IMG/VR virus record: IMGVR_UViG_3300047091_000002
Location: 32,001 to 96,000 of that record
DNA from: a virus
Direction: 5' to 3' (one strand)
DNA length: 64,000 nt
Positions 28,301 through 37,561 of the stretch are shown in pieces; the first letter of the stretch is position 1, and each line of letters begins with the position of its first letter. Both the position numbers and the translations under genes were made by a program. A model generated the notes under the pieces. That model did no database searches and was not told the DNA's origin. It was given only the letters and a program-made list of their open reading frames with translations.

Positions 28301-31060
28301 CTCTCCTGCCTGCGCTAATTCCTGAATAATTTTACGACGGCGATTTACGTATCTCTCGGATTCTTTCTCGACTAAATCTCCAACTTTTTTAAGTAAAGAA
28401 AGTTGTCTCTCTACTTCCTTTAAGAAATCGGAAAGTTGATCTCGCTCTCCACCTTTTTTCTTTTTCCCTTCTGTAGATGGAAGTTTGGTAGGAGTTTTTA
28501 ACAAAGAGGCTATAACAGTTTTCTTGCGCTCTAAATCAGCAATCTCTTCTTCTGTTTTAGCTTGCGCTATTTGGGCTGCAAGCGCAGCGTCGGCATTAAG
28601 AAAAAATGCCCCACTTGTTGCTGCAAGTGCTACTGCTAATTGCTGTTCAGCAAAGATTTTTTGTTTTGTTGCAATCGTACTATCAATAGTAGCAATTGAT
28701 TGTTTAACTATCTGGGCAGTAGTATATCCCGTAGCTTGGGATAATAAATTAAGTCGATTGATTGCCTCTGTTCTTTCTAATCCAGAAATTTGAAGTATTT
28801 TATTATATTCTCGTAATTTAATGGTGGCATCATCACCAAGGGCATTTGCCCCACGAAGTTCTACTCTATATTCCTCTAGTATTTTTTGATTTTTAGCTAA
28901 TTCACCAGCCTGATTCTCAAAAGATTTATTACTAAAATTTATAAGCTCAGCAAGTTTTTGGATTTCAGGATTAAAATCCTTAACTTTTTCTAGAAATGCT
29001 TCTGGATTTTTTAATATTTCATCAAATGTAACACCGAGCGCCTGCCCCGCTATTTTAAGATCTTCAATAGTCTTTTGAAATTTTTCTATATCGGCTTGAT
29101 CAAGTGCAGATCCTAGTGTTTCTTTTGGATCTATGATAGGTTTTCTGGAAAGAAAATTTTCAAGTTCATCTTTTAAATTTTTAGTTTTCTTTGCAAAATC
29201 CGAATTAATTAATCTTCCAAATGCATCTGCTTGTTTTTGTGTCCTAGCACTTAATTTTTCAAGAGCTTGGTCAATATCTTCAAGTCCCTTTTTAGTTAAT
29301 TTACCCGTTTCAAGCGCTTTAACAGTAGAATCATCAAGTAATTGAAGAAGCGTATCTCGAAGTTTAATTAATTCCTGCTCTTGTTCTTTAGTTCTATTTT
29401 TTATATCCGAGAGAGCTTTTAATTCAAGCGCCTCATTTAAGATATTATAAGATTTAGCTAAATCACTTATATGTTGCTCGCTTTTTTGAAGTTGTTTATC
29501 TAATTCTTCTTCGCCTTTTCTTCGTTCATCGGCACTGCCTGACCATTCATCAATAAGACTTTTAATAAATATTATTGCCGCTATAATTAATGCTGCTCTA
29601 CTTAAAAACCCCACTATAGCAGTTGTGACTACCCTTGTTCCTGCTGCAACACCAATTAAAGCAGCCTGAGAACCTTTCATAGCAGCAGCATAAGCTAATT
29701 GTCCGGCAGTAGCCGCCTCTGTAGCAGTGGCACCGGCTGCGAGCGCAGCAGTTTCAGCTTCCGTTAGCGCAGTTAAAGCCCCTGTTTGAATCACAACTTG
29801 CTTAATGGCCTCTGCATAAGCAAGTTTTGCAGATGTTATAATACCTAAAGGTGCCCGAAGTCTTATTAAAGATGCAAATACTCCATTAATTAAGCCAGTA
29901 AAAATTTTTATAATTAGAATAAACGATACAAAATTTGCAAGTGGACCACTTACTAAAGTTGAAAGTGTTCTAAGAAATGCGTTAAGAACCTTTAACAGGG
30001 TCCCAAGACTTATTACTCCAGTATCGAGTCTTTCTCCAAATGCGGTAAACAGATTAACTAATTCTCTAATTACCCCTCTAACATCCGGCAATAATTTGGT
30101 TAAAGCATCTTGGATCTTATTTACATCTTTATTAAATACGGCACTGAAAGGACTGAAGGAATTATCATCATTAATAAATTTATCTCGAATGTTAATTAAT
30201 TCTCTTCGTAATGTTTCAAATATAGGTTGAACTGCTCTAGCCCCACCTATTTGAAAAATATCCGCAATAGATGCCTTAACATTGATAAAATTATCCGAAA
30301 CTTCTTTAGCTAATGCTCCGAAAGATCGAGTTTTAGCTTCGATGAATTCAAATACTGTTCCAGTGCGTATCGCTTCTTTTAATAATTTTCTTTGCTCTGC
30401 GGTAACTAAACCAAGATTTCTTCCTAGTTGATTGGTTGCTCGAACTGTGCCCGTAAGAATCTGAGCAATGGATGTTCCTACCTTACTCTGCTCTATGCCA
30501 AAAGCACCTGCCGCTAGAACAAGTCTTTTGGTGATTATCTCTATTTGTTCTTGGGAAAGTCCTATTTGCTGTCCCACTGCTAACGCAGTTTGTAGAGTTT
30601 GAACATATTCTTTAGTGGTAGTTACAGTTTGAACTGCCGAAATTTGTGCAGCTTGAAAAAGTCGTTCGGATTCTATTCTTAAGGCGGCTAAAAGATCAGG
30701 AGTTAATTGTCCTTTTCTTTCTGCTATTGGTGCAGCTAAAATAGCTACGAAGGATGTTGAAAGTCTTTGGAATTCAGCGGCATTTCCTATACTCTCCTTT
30801 AAAAGAGTGTTGAATAATCTTAAAGCGCCGAATACGCCTGCCGCACCTAATCCAATTCCTAAAGCAGCTAAAAATCTACCTCCAAATCTAGTTACAGAAT
30901 TTCCAAGTGTGTTAAAACCTTGAGAAGCTGCAATAGCACCTTGCTTCACAGAGACTAATCGTATGTTACCCTGCTGAAGACTTCCCAACATTTGATTCAT
31001 AGCGCCAATGAATTGTTGGGCATTGCCTACAAAATTGAAAGTAACTGTGAAATTAGCCAA
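25349..31060 (-). CDS. tape measure protein
   Basis: 1903 aa helical protein; N-terminal TMP domain, Ala-rich TM-like segments; TTG start. Confidence 0.92.
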   Translation of the reverse strand: MANFTVTFNFVGNAQQFIGAMNQMLGSLQQGNIRLVSVKQGAIAASQGFNTLGNSVTRFGGRFLAALGIGLGAAGVFGALRLFNTLLKESIGNAAEFQRLSTSFVAILAAPIAERKGQLTPDLLAALRIESERLFQAAQISAVQTVTTTKEYVQTLQTALAVGQQIGLSQEQIEIITKRLVLAAGAFGIEQSKVGTSIAQILTGTVRATNQLGRNLGLVTAEQRKLLKEAIRTGTVFEFIEAKTRSFGALAKEVSDNFINVKASIADIFQIGGARAVQPIFETLRRELINIRDKFINDDNSFSPFSAVFNKDVNKIQDALTKLLPDVRGVIRELVNLFTAFGERLDTGVISLGTLLKVLNAFLRTLSTLVSGPLANFVSFILIIKIFTGLINGVFASLIRLRAPLGIITSAKLAYAEAIKQVVIQTGALTALTEAETAALAAGATATEAATAGQLAYAAAMKGSQAALIGVAAGTRVVTTAIVGFLSRAALIIAAIIFIKSLIDEWSGSADERRKGEEELDKQLQKSEQHISDLAKSYNILNEALELKALSDIKNRTKEQEQELIKLRDTLLQLLDDSTVKALETGKLTKKGLEDIDQALEKLSARTQKQADAFGRLINSDFAKKTKNLKDELENFLSRKPIIDPKETLGSALDQADIEKFQKTIEDLKIAGQALGVTFDEILKNPEAFLEKVKDFNPEIQKLAELINFSNKSFENQAGELAKNQKILEEYRVELRGANALGDDATIKLREYNKILQISGLERTEAINRLNLLSQATGYTTAQIVKQSIATIDSTIATKQKIFAEQQLAVALAATSGAFFLNADAALAAQIAQAKTEEEIADLERKKTVIASLLKTPTKLPSTEGKKKKGGERDQLSDFLKEVERQLSLLKKVGDLVEKESERYVNRRRKIIQELAQAGEIPFQAASEFESQLIENAFNLNDQVSRARQELIDANIGFAKLIADQKQGPRDKKKDKKKTDLRDRDLESFEKLTGEKIDVFIKRVEDLGKAEDQITDTVRKATKERLDLKKKEVDANFELLNRAEQSRAQITDILFGLGIFSGGQNEQAQFEASKKQREIREQQLKEQLFPFLNADFEQEILTARERIKNLVGSFKEAIGVQKLTSEDEFTQFFNSAGGFDLFFQIADKIAELKTKLVDLDKKRATSPKASKAILDDLANQGREIQRQIVDLQASIITVGGQLKLDPEKVKQVAEATQVLIDLNVDQSKKAELLLELDKNRRESAVALLKHLVEQRDIQLDQLKLQNELNEFDLKRLDIIERIVEKQKEIGILNENESRNALLRITQERLQLLEQQKAGLQQRLNTEFPNVGTANQNPEVARKQLDLKSQIDDLNEKLFELKNRAFELSNPLFLTSQGLRKVADAIKSLPDPEFDEFTKKFKGLPFNKLSGVFEGLANLLETLSKRGRPKSPAEALEKAAGTIENAGKNFDDRLLVTGNQFLDIIIKAALGFKQVVSGEETRPRRVTPSIGGDLLNGADTSEFGSSVDDILGRFATPGKANVVQKVGAFALTALNVAADIIGAIGSGDKGQIISTIGRGISQIPHPVAKTIGAIVETVGGIVSFFGARAKQKTKEMAEAITAGIDDLKKAISNGAIGLGDGIRQLQTKLEDARRQLSGRKGGADQLKQITKDINDEIANLRDKAKEVQDNFRTALELLKLPANVRDFAKQITDLKKQVKEFFDSFENPQDALNAIGDIRDFLKLSIGEITDEIKKTQADLLDQLKKSADDFAKSQRDILLEGRIDPKVSEAESKRKRLVELERDFRKQQKEIEDQLAGEKQKLDFVNQRLDIEKFIRKLSRDSAADLGLAADKLTQAALAWQGVVDKLPSLTRSIGATQDINLNLRVNGQPVETQKVGIDASKQLQLSGRINPSLLSRYRTVNQ

Positions 31061-32221
31061 TTATATAATGACTCCGATATTCGCTAAAAAGGTTTGAAAG
31101 TTAGGATCCGCTAGAAGAACGAATCCGCCTCTAACAGTTCCACCTGATGCTGGCGGTAGGGCAGCCAAAGCACCTCCAGAATAAATTGCTTTGAATCTTA
31201 ATGTAGATTTCCTAGAAGGAGATGCTTGAATATAAGGAACAACTTGGTCTTTTCCTACTCCTAAAAATATTCCTGAAATAATAGACCAATTAGGAAGTCT
31301 AATTAATTTATTCCAAAATGGATCATTCGGTTGAATACTTGACGGGCCTTGAGCATTTAAATTACCAAGAGCTAAACCCTGACTCAAATTAGGAATTAAG
31401 CCCTTTATCTGTCTCAAAGTACCGCCTATAACAGTTTTTAATTGCGCTTGGGTCCCTGCAACTTGAGCAACTTTCAGCAATTGGGCATGATTAATTCTTC
31501 CTTTTTGAGTTATACTCGTAATAACTCGTCTTGCTCCAAAACTATTTTCTAGATCTTGTTGATTGGTATTGATCGGAGAAATAGGAATTGGAGAAGTTCC
31601 AGATCTAAGAACTGGAATATCTTTTGGATTAGGAGAACTTCCTCCAACTATAGATAATTGAATTCCTATTCCGCGATCAACACCGCCGGATTTCTTAAAT
31701 TTCGTACTGGCCCGTGTAGTTCTAAAATTCTTTTTTATTCTCCCAGCAGTAAATGATCTTGTAATTATTGGATTAGCCCGTGAAATAGGATTATTTCTAG
31801 GTAAAACATCTTTATCGTCCGTAGAAGTATTTGCCCAAGCTCCAAATAAAGATTGAACTTCTTGATCTAGTTGGGCCTGAACGGCGGCGTTACCTCGTGT
31901 GATTATATCATATCCTTTAGCTGCCCTAACTCCAAAAGAAAGATTAAGATCAGGACTTGTAGTGATAAATGCTAATGCTTTTCCTTTCGGAGCAGCAAAA
32001 GATTTTCTTCCGGTATTTACTGCATCAAAATAAAAGAAATTTCCTCCTCCTTTTTCGGATGACGCGGCCCAATTATCCATTTTTAAACCAAAATTTACCG
32101 TGGGTTTATTAAATACCGAGCCGATATTCTTTTTATGCTCATCTATTAATTTCTTAAAGAATGCTGTCCATTCTGGTAGATTGGATACAACTGAAAATAA
32201 AGGACCATTGAAAGTTGGCAT
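31061..32221 (-). CDS. hypothetical basic virion-associated protein
   Basis: 386-aa ORF between chaperones and TMP; stop abuts the TMP start. Confidence 0.6.
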   Translation of the reverse strand: MPTFNGPLFSVVSNLPEWTAFFKKLIDEHKKNIGSVFNKPTVNFGLKMDNWAASSEKGGGNFFYFDAVNTGRKSFAAPKGKALAFITTSPDLNLSFGVRAAKGYDIITRGNAAVQAQLDQEVQSLFGAWANTSTDDKDVLPRNNPISRANPIITRSFTAGRIKKNFRTTRASTKFKKSGGVDRGIGIQLSIVGGSSPNPKDIPVLRSGTSPIPISPINTNQQDLENSFGARRVITSITQKGRINHAQLLKVAQVAGTQAQLKTVIGGTLRQIKGLIPNLSQGLALGNLNAQGPSSIQPNDPFWNKLIRLPNWSIISGIFLGVGKDQVVPYIQASPSRKSTLRFKAIYSGGALAALPPASGGTVRGGFVLLADPNFQTFLANIGVII

Positions 32222-32223
32222 TT

Positions 32224-32970
32224 TTATGTACCTAAATGTTGTTGACTGTATCTTCCAGCACGATCTGGTCCCATTTCATCAAAGGATTTCCATTTACGCC
32301 CCTCGAAAAATATTTCATCCTCAGTTCCATGAGAAGATTCACTCCCAGAACTAGATTCATCTTTAGCTTTCTTATAAGCCCAAGCAGATGATTGTCCTTT
32401 TAAATAAACTTGTGGGACGGTAGTTTCTAATGCCTCTGACCGAGAACAATGATAAGCTGATTGAAGTCGTTCAATTAAACATTCGGGATTGTCGTCAGAT
32501 GGATCGGGTTCTCTCTGTTTCTCTTCATCATCCGGGTGTGGAAATAACTTTCTTATTCTTCCTATTTCAAAGTTATGCACCCATTGTTGTAGAGTAGCAT
32601 TAAGCAGTGCCAAAGGATTCTTAAAATTTACGGCATTTTCTAAAGAAGTATTTAGCGATAATGCTCCGCATCTTGGTAAGGTATCAAGTAAAATAGATCG
32701 AACTTCTACCTTATATACCTCCAGAAAATCTAATAAAGGTAATTCACTATCTACAAATAATTTATATAGTTCTTCTAAAGGTGAAATAGCAGAACGAAAT
32801 CTCTCTAGATTACCCAATCCAAGATGCAGAATTGGCAAATAAGAGCCATTTATACACGCATATCTATTTGCCAAATCAGGAGTATTAAGTAATAATCTAG
32901 CCTTATCCTGTGCAGTTAGACTAAGATTGGGCGAGGATTCCGAACTCTTCGATGACACGTTTTGCCTCAC
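32224..32970 (-). CDS. tail assembly chaperone, T-like part
   Basis: Position upstream of TMP; LIERLQSAYHCSRSEALETTVPQVY resembles T-part motif; no internal Met near the start (GTG at 32970 or 32958). Confidence 0.6.
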   Translation of the reverse strand: MRQNVSSKSSESSPNLSLTAQDKARLLLNTPDLANRYACINGSYLPILHLGLGNLERFRSAISPLEELYKLFVDSELPLLDFLEVYKVEVRSILLDTLPRCGALSLNTSLENAVNFKNPLALLNATLQQWVHNFEIGRIRKLFPHPDDEEKQREPDPSDDNPECLIERLQSAYHCSRSEALETTVPQVYLKGQSSAWAYKKAKDESSSGSESSHGTEDEIFFEGRKWKSFDEMGPDRAGRYSQQHLGT

Positions 32971-33514
32971 CTATTTCAGCAAATAAGTTATCTGCCTTAA
33001 TTTGAAGGAGAACTGCTTTAACTAAATTAGGATTCCAAGGACGCTTTGCCAATCTCATAACTTCCGACTCAGTGATTCTAGGATTAGTACCACGACATAC
33101 CATCGCAACTAATTTAGGCAACGTTTCTCCTAATTCACGAACGGCAGATCCCACATCTATTTCATTAAGCAGGGCAACAGTATCGGAATCGGTTAAATCA
33201 ATTTCAACTTTTCCATCTTCGGTAGGTTGACTATTCTGAACTCCGTAATTACCCATAGTTCCTATCAAATTCAAAGCTCTCATAACTACAGGAACTACCC
33301 CTAAAAGGAATTCACTGGCATCTCGATATACTTGATCGGAGTCATCTTGACGATCTGCAAAAGCTATAACATCAAAATTCAAGTCTCCTAAATTAAATTT
33401 ATTGCTAATCACCTCTTCCTCTACAGATGTAAGAAGTTGTTTTCTATATGTAGTAGGAATTGTACCAGTTTCAATGTTTACTTCTTGTATTCTCGCTTTT
33501 CTTTCTCGTGGCAT
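32921..33514 (-). CDS. tail assembly chaperone, G-like
   Basis: Directly after the tail tube gene; RBS AGGAGA. Confidence 0.65.
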   Translation of the reverse strand: MPRERKARIQEVNIETGTIPTTYRKQLLTSVEEEVISNKFNLGDLNFDVIAFADRQDDSDQVYRDASEFLLGVVPVVMRALNLIGTMGNYGVQNSQPTEDGKVEIDLTDSDTVALLNEIDVGSAVRELGETLPKLVAMVCRGTNPRITESEVMRLAKRPWNPNLVKAVLLQIKADNLFAEIGEAKRVIEEFGILAQS

Positions 33515-33539
33515 TTCTTTCTCCTATAATTAAAAAAAT

Positions 33540-33568
33540 TTGACAAATTGAATTATTTGAGTTATAAT
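33540..33568 (+). promoter_or_regulatory. perfect sigma70 consensus promoter, antisense to the tail operon
   Basis: TTGACA-17 nt-TATAAT. Confidence 0.75.
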
Positions 33569-33619
33569 ATTTGCAGATTGGGATTAAACCAATATTTGGC
33601 AGGATTCTTGATGAATTGT

Positions 33620-33662
33620 ACCGGAGAGAGTTACGGGAATTTCCCTCTCCGGTTAATTTTTT
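33620..33662 (+). terminator. intrinsic terminator-like hairpin
   Basis: ACCGGAGAG (33620-28) / CTCTCCGGT (33645-53) followed by TAATTTTTT on +. Confidence 0.7.
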
Positions 33663-33675
33663 ATGAAGTTATGTA

Positions 33676-34314
33676 TTAGGCTAATAGTCTTACGTGCTGC
33701 AAGATAACATCTCGATCTCCAGCAGCGGCATTATTGTATCCAAACAATCCCCATTTACCCGCTACAGCATTAATAGGTTCTACAAAATCGGAAACCGACA
33801 TATCTCCATCATTAATTGCTAATGGAGTATAATACCAATCCTGTTGTGCAGTAACAGAGTTATCATCCGAAACAAGATTAATATTCCAATCTTGAACTAC
33901 TAGAAGCGATACGTAGCCCCCTAGCGTTCCACCATACCACATCGTTTGATAGGCTCTACTGGGAGAAGCGGCACCCGTAGTAAGTGGGGCAGGCATACCA
34001 GTTGCTTTAGCGATAATCGGCAATTCATAACGCATAAAGTTTGCTTCAACTTGTCCCGATTGTGCTGTAATAAATCTTGCCCTCTCAACAGGGATCGAGC
34101 CTGTCGAAACAGACGTAGTAGTTCGATTCAAAGTGACCTTTACCTGACCTTTTTCCGTAGGTCCAAGATAAGACCATCCGGCAGGAAAAGCCTCATTTTC
34201 AATAGGTGTTACTGTAGAAGGAAGTGCAAGATTTGCAGCACCTATCAACATAAATCTACCGGGCAATGGAAAACTGTAAGCATGAACTGTACCAGAGGTA
34301 CCTAACTTCGCCAT
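33676..34314 (-). CDS. major tail (tube) protein
   Basis: GWSYLGPTEKGQVKVT motif; 212 aa; synteny. Confidence 0.8.
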   Translation of the reverse strand: MAKLGTSGTVHAYSFPLPGRFMLIGAANLALPSTVTPIENEAFPAGWSYLGPTEKGQVKVTLNRTTTSVSTGSIPVERARFITAQSGQVEANFMRYELPIIAKATGMPAPLTTGAASPSRAYQTMWYGGTLGGYVSLLVVQDWNINLVSDDNSVTAQQDWYYTPLAINDGDMSVSDFVEPINAVAGKWGLFGYNNAAAGDRDVILQHVRLLA

Positions 34315-34338
34315 TTTTATCTCCTATCAATCAAGTTA

Positions 34339-34575
34339 TTAACTCGCGGACACATTTGCCCGAAGTCGTTCATACTCTCTGCACCCGGTAATAAATTTTC
34401 TGGATGCGGTATCAGGGAGACCCGATTCTAGAGAGAATGCTAAAAATTGGTTCTGCTCGGCGGTTAAAGTGTCTGTAGGTCTAGAAAAAGCCTTAGACAT
34501 TATCCATATCTCCCAAACACGCCGAGCATTGTCAACTGTAGTGCCCATAAGGGCTGCGAGTCTCGCGTAATCCAT
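34339..34575 (-). CDS. hypothetical protein
   Basis: RBS AGGAGA; in the structural operon. Confidence 0.55.
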   Translation of the reverse strand: MDYARLAALMGTTVDNARRVWEIWIMSKAFSRPTDTLTAEQNQFLAFSLESGLPDTASRKFITGCREYERLRANVSAS

Positions 34576-34592
34576 TATATTTCTCCTAATTT

Positions 34593-35156
34593 CTAAAATG
34601 AAAAATCGTGATAATTAATATTTAAGCTAATCGAATTTCTAATATCACCACTCTCAAACGCAGCGGAATCATCTCCAAATTCATAGCCGCCGGTATCAAA
34701 CCAATCCCCAGAAAATTTTGTATTAAGCGGCAAAGATCCAGTATAATCCCATATTTCAACTACTCCATCGGATAAAGTTTCTAAAACTTTCTGCATTACG
34801 TTTCTTACCTCTGTACTGATAAGAACGGGATCGATATTTCCATCTATTTCTCGAAATGTAGTTATTTTTACCGGAAGTAAATATCGTTTATTTTTAGGAA
34901 ATCTATGAACAGATGCATCCTGTTCTGGAAAGAATTCTATATTAACTCCCTTGTAAAGAGGATCTTGCCCTTGTTCTAGTACTGTTATTCCATATTGCAA
35001 GGTCGAACCATCTGTCATCGAAATAACTGGAAATTGCACATACCCATATGAATTATACGTAAGTACGGAATCCATTTGTCTAGTTCCAAGGGAAAGATAA
35101 AGAGCTAATTTTCGATAAAAACTTTGTCTTATCGCATCTCGATAATTAGTTGGCAT
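34593..35156 (-). CDS. putative tail terminator / completion protein
   Basis: Size, acidic beta-rich C-terminus, position before the tube gene. Confidence 0.55.
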   Translation of the reverse strand: MPTNYRDAIRQSFYRKLALYLSLGTRQMDSVLTYNSYGYVQFPVISMTDGSTLQYGITVLEQGQDPLYKGVNIEFFPEQDASVHRFPKNKRYLLPVKITTFREIDGNIDPVLISTEVRNVMQKVLETLSDGVVEIWDYTGSLPLNTKFSGDWFDTGGYEFGDDSAAFESGDIRNSISLNINYHDFSF

Positions 35157-35328
35157 TTTCCTTTTCAGTTAACGCAGCAGAAGCCAATAGTGAAAACATT
35201 TTTAAGGCTTCTTGAATATCAACACATTCAAATTCTTCCGTTTTTGGTTCATTATTTCCAGATTGAGTAGTAAGTGTATACTTCATATAAATTAAATAGC
35301 ATTTAAATTTACAGCTTCCCGCATGCAA
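35146..35328 (-). CDS. small hypothetical protein (likely start MKYTL)
   Basis: Overlaps the next start; ends AGGAAAATGC. Confidence 0.4.
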   Translation of the reverse strand: MHAGSCKFKCYLIYMKYTLTTQSGNNEPKTEEFECVDIQEALKMFSLLASAALTEKENAN

Positions 35329-35422
35329 TCATCGCAAAGATATATGTATTCCTGTGACTTTTTAAAATAAAATAATTTACGGAATCTAGTCCGTAGTATT
35401 TACTGTATTTTTTATCCACATA

Positions 35423-35878
35423 TTATGGTTTCTTATATGCGCGAGCTAGTATAATATACTGAGCCTGAACTCTCCCAAGAATCGGTTTTACGAAACCTCT
35501 TTCTATTATATAAACTGCGGATCCGTATTGAATTCCGCCTTTTTGTTGTCCTGTGATACTTGAAAGAAATTCTTCGCACCTATCAGATAGAGTATTCGTA
35601 GGAAGACGATCTACAAAACTATCTGCTAATATTTTGAAAATTCTTTGATCTTGTTCTATACCGCCGCCAAAATAGGCTGAAATATCTTCTCCCGGCTGAT
35701 CTTGTATAATTGGAGGAGGATCAATTGTAAAAGTTTCTGTAGTTACACCGGGTGGTTTAAATTTATCAATAACGGTATTTGTATATCTTAAAAAAGAGAC
35801 AGGGCGATCACTTCCACCTAACTTTTTAAATAACTTTCGATACTTCCCCAATACTCGTTGTTCGGTTTGTCTCGGCAA
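35423..35878 (-). CDS. putative head closure / head-tail joining protein
   Basis: Synteny after the adaptor; TTG start. Confidence 0.55.
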   Translation of the reverse strand: MPRQTEQRVLGKYRKLFKKLGGSDRPVSFLRYTNTVIDKFKPPGVTTETFTIDPPPIIQDQPGEDISAYFGGGIEQDQRIFKILADSFVDRLPTNTLSDRCEEFLSSITGQQKGGIQYGSAVYIIERGFVKPILGRVQAQYIILARAYKKP

Positions 35879-35880
35879 AT

Positions 35881-36744
35881 TTAATTCCTATAATCATTTA
35901 GCAGCGATTGGGCATCCTCTGGTATGGGATCAATACCCATTCTTGATAAACGATCTGTAATTACATCGAGAGTAGACGTTAATCTTAATGTATTAGGTTC
36001 ATAGGTTAGACGATCTTCGATAGTCATTGCAATAGCGTGCTTAATTTCTTCTGGTACTACTCGATAAACTCCAATACCAATCGCCTGATTTCCTGTCAGT
36101 ACAGGAGAAATAGTCAATACATTTCCCGTTACATCAATAACTAAATACTCCGGTACTGTTCCAGCAGTGGTATCTCCAATTGTAATAGAAGTTTCACCCT
36201 CTATCACACCTGTAGAATCTACTACAGTAATTTGATTTGCTCCACTAGATGCACCTATAGCTAATTTAGTATCTACTAAGAACCCTGCTTTAACTTCTAT
36301 AGTTGCATACCAGCCATAGGCTCCGCGAATACGAGAAAGTTCTCCCCCATAATAAAGTCTTCCATAATCAATATCAAGAGAAGAAAAAAGTTCTATTCTG
36401 CCCGATGATAAGTCAAGAAAATCTTCCAGATCAGCGGGAATTGATACATCAATCCATCTACCTAATTTTTCTCGTTGTCCATATGGAGTTCGCCTGAAAG
36501 GAGTAATTCTAAGTCCCGTGGTATAAGCTCTAGGAAATATATTCAAAATCGGTCGAATCGGAATTCTTCCTACTAACGAAGCATTAAATTCAAAGGATTT
36601 TTTATAATATTTTATTGAAAGACTTCTCTTACAATAAGCATCAATAAGCCTAGATGCAGTCTTAATAATAGATAGCTCTTGTCCCAATGGAATATCAGTA
36701 CGTGTCACATAATCTGTAAGTTCAACAGTCTTAAGATAGTTCAT
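35881..36744 (-). CDS. head-tail adaptor/connector protein
   Basis: ASRLIDAYCKR...VPEEIKHAIAMTIE; gp6-like pattern with insertion. Confidence 0.7.
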   Translation of the reverse strand: MNYLKTVELTDYVTRTDIPLGQELSIIKTASRLIDAYCKRSLSIKYYKKSFEFNASLVGRIPIRPILNIFPRAYTTGLRITPFRRTPYGQREKLGRWIDVSIPADLEDFLDLSSGRIELFSSLDIDYGRLYYGGELSRIRGAYGWYATIEVKAGFLVDTKLAIGASSGANQITVVDSTGVIEGETSITIGDTTAGTVPEYLVIDVTGNVLTISPVLTGNQAIGIGVYRVVPEEIKHAIAMTIEDRLTYEPNTLRLTSTLDVITDRLSRMGIDPIPEDAQSLLNDYRN

Positions 36745-37229
36745 TAATCTTTTAGAGTAGACGCAGCTTGTTTAGCTGTAATTCCCTTACGACCAACATT
36801 TGCAGGATGTGTTATTTCTTTAGCTTGTTTAATACGATTTTCTTGCCATTCTCGATATTCACGAGGATTCTTAAGATAGTCAGGTTGTTTCACTCCTGAT
36901 TTTTTAATTTTTTCTGCATTTCTACGTGCAATTACCTCGTTATCTCGTTTTTTACGTATCTCATCGAGTCTATCACTCGCCTCTCTAGCTCGTCCTGCTA
37001 CGAGATCGGAGTTAGATTTTCCATAATCGGTTGCATGAAATCCCGATCCAGATACAGCATTTGCTCCCCCTAGACAAAAATTAGAATTGGCTGGTTGAAG
37101 ATGAAATATTTTATTTCTATTACACATCTCGCAAAAATGCAAGCACCTCTTCTTAGTGCTGGCTCCAATTTTCTCCAATGTTTCAAATACAGAATCGCAT
37201 TCAGGACAAATATATTGTCTAAGTGGCAT
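36744..37229 (-). CDS. FmdB-like Zn-ribbon protein
   Basis: MPLRQYICPECDSVFE...C...FCLGG...GSGFHATDY. Confidence 0.75.
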   Translation of the reverse strand: MPLRQYICPECDSVFETLEKIGASTKKRCLHFCEMCNRNKIFHLQPANSNFCLGGANAVSGSGFHATDYGKSNSDLVAGRAREASDRLDEIRKKRDNEVIARRNAEKIKKSGVKQPDYLKNPREYREWQENRIKQAKEITHPANVGRKGITAKQAASTLKD

Positions 37230-37255
37230 TTATTTTATTCTCGCTTTTAAATAAA

Positions 37256-37561
37256 TTATTCTATCTTTAAATTTTCGTAAACAACATTAATAAGAATCTG
37301 CACCCAATTATCTTTAATATCTACAGCATCTTTAGTAGCCATTGCTTTGATATTATCGAAAGCCTGCTGTTCCCACACTTTAAGATCCGCAGTACCATGA
37401 ATTTCTCGAAGTTTCTTTAGTTCATCTATAGCAGTATCTTTATATTTCTCGAAAAATTGTTTAAATCCTTCACGAGTAAATATCTCAAGAACTACTTTCT
37501 CGATACCCTGTGCTATCTTGGTTCCCTTTATCTTCGACCAAAGCTTCCTTAATCCGAACAT
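37256..37561 (-). CDS. hypothetical protein
   Basis: RBS AAGGAG. Confidence 0.6.
   Translation of the reverse strand: MFGLRKLWSKIKGTKIAQGIEKVVLEIFTREGFKQFFEKYKDTAIDELKKLREIHGTADLKVWEQQAFDNIKAMATKDAVDIKDNWVQILINVVYENLKIE

Noticed and set aside
32921-32970. Canonical -1 slippery site for G/GT
   Set aside because: The downstream ORF is in the +1 frame and there is no X-XXY-YYZ heptamer in the overlap
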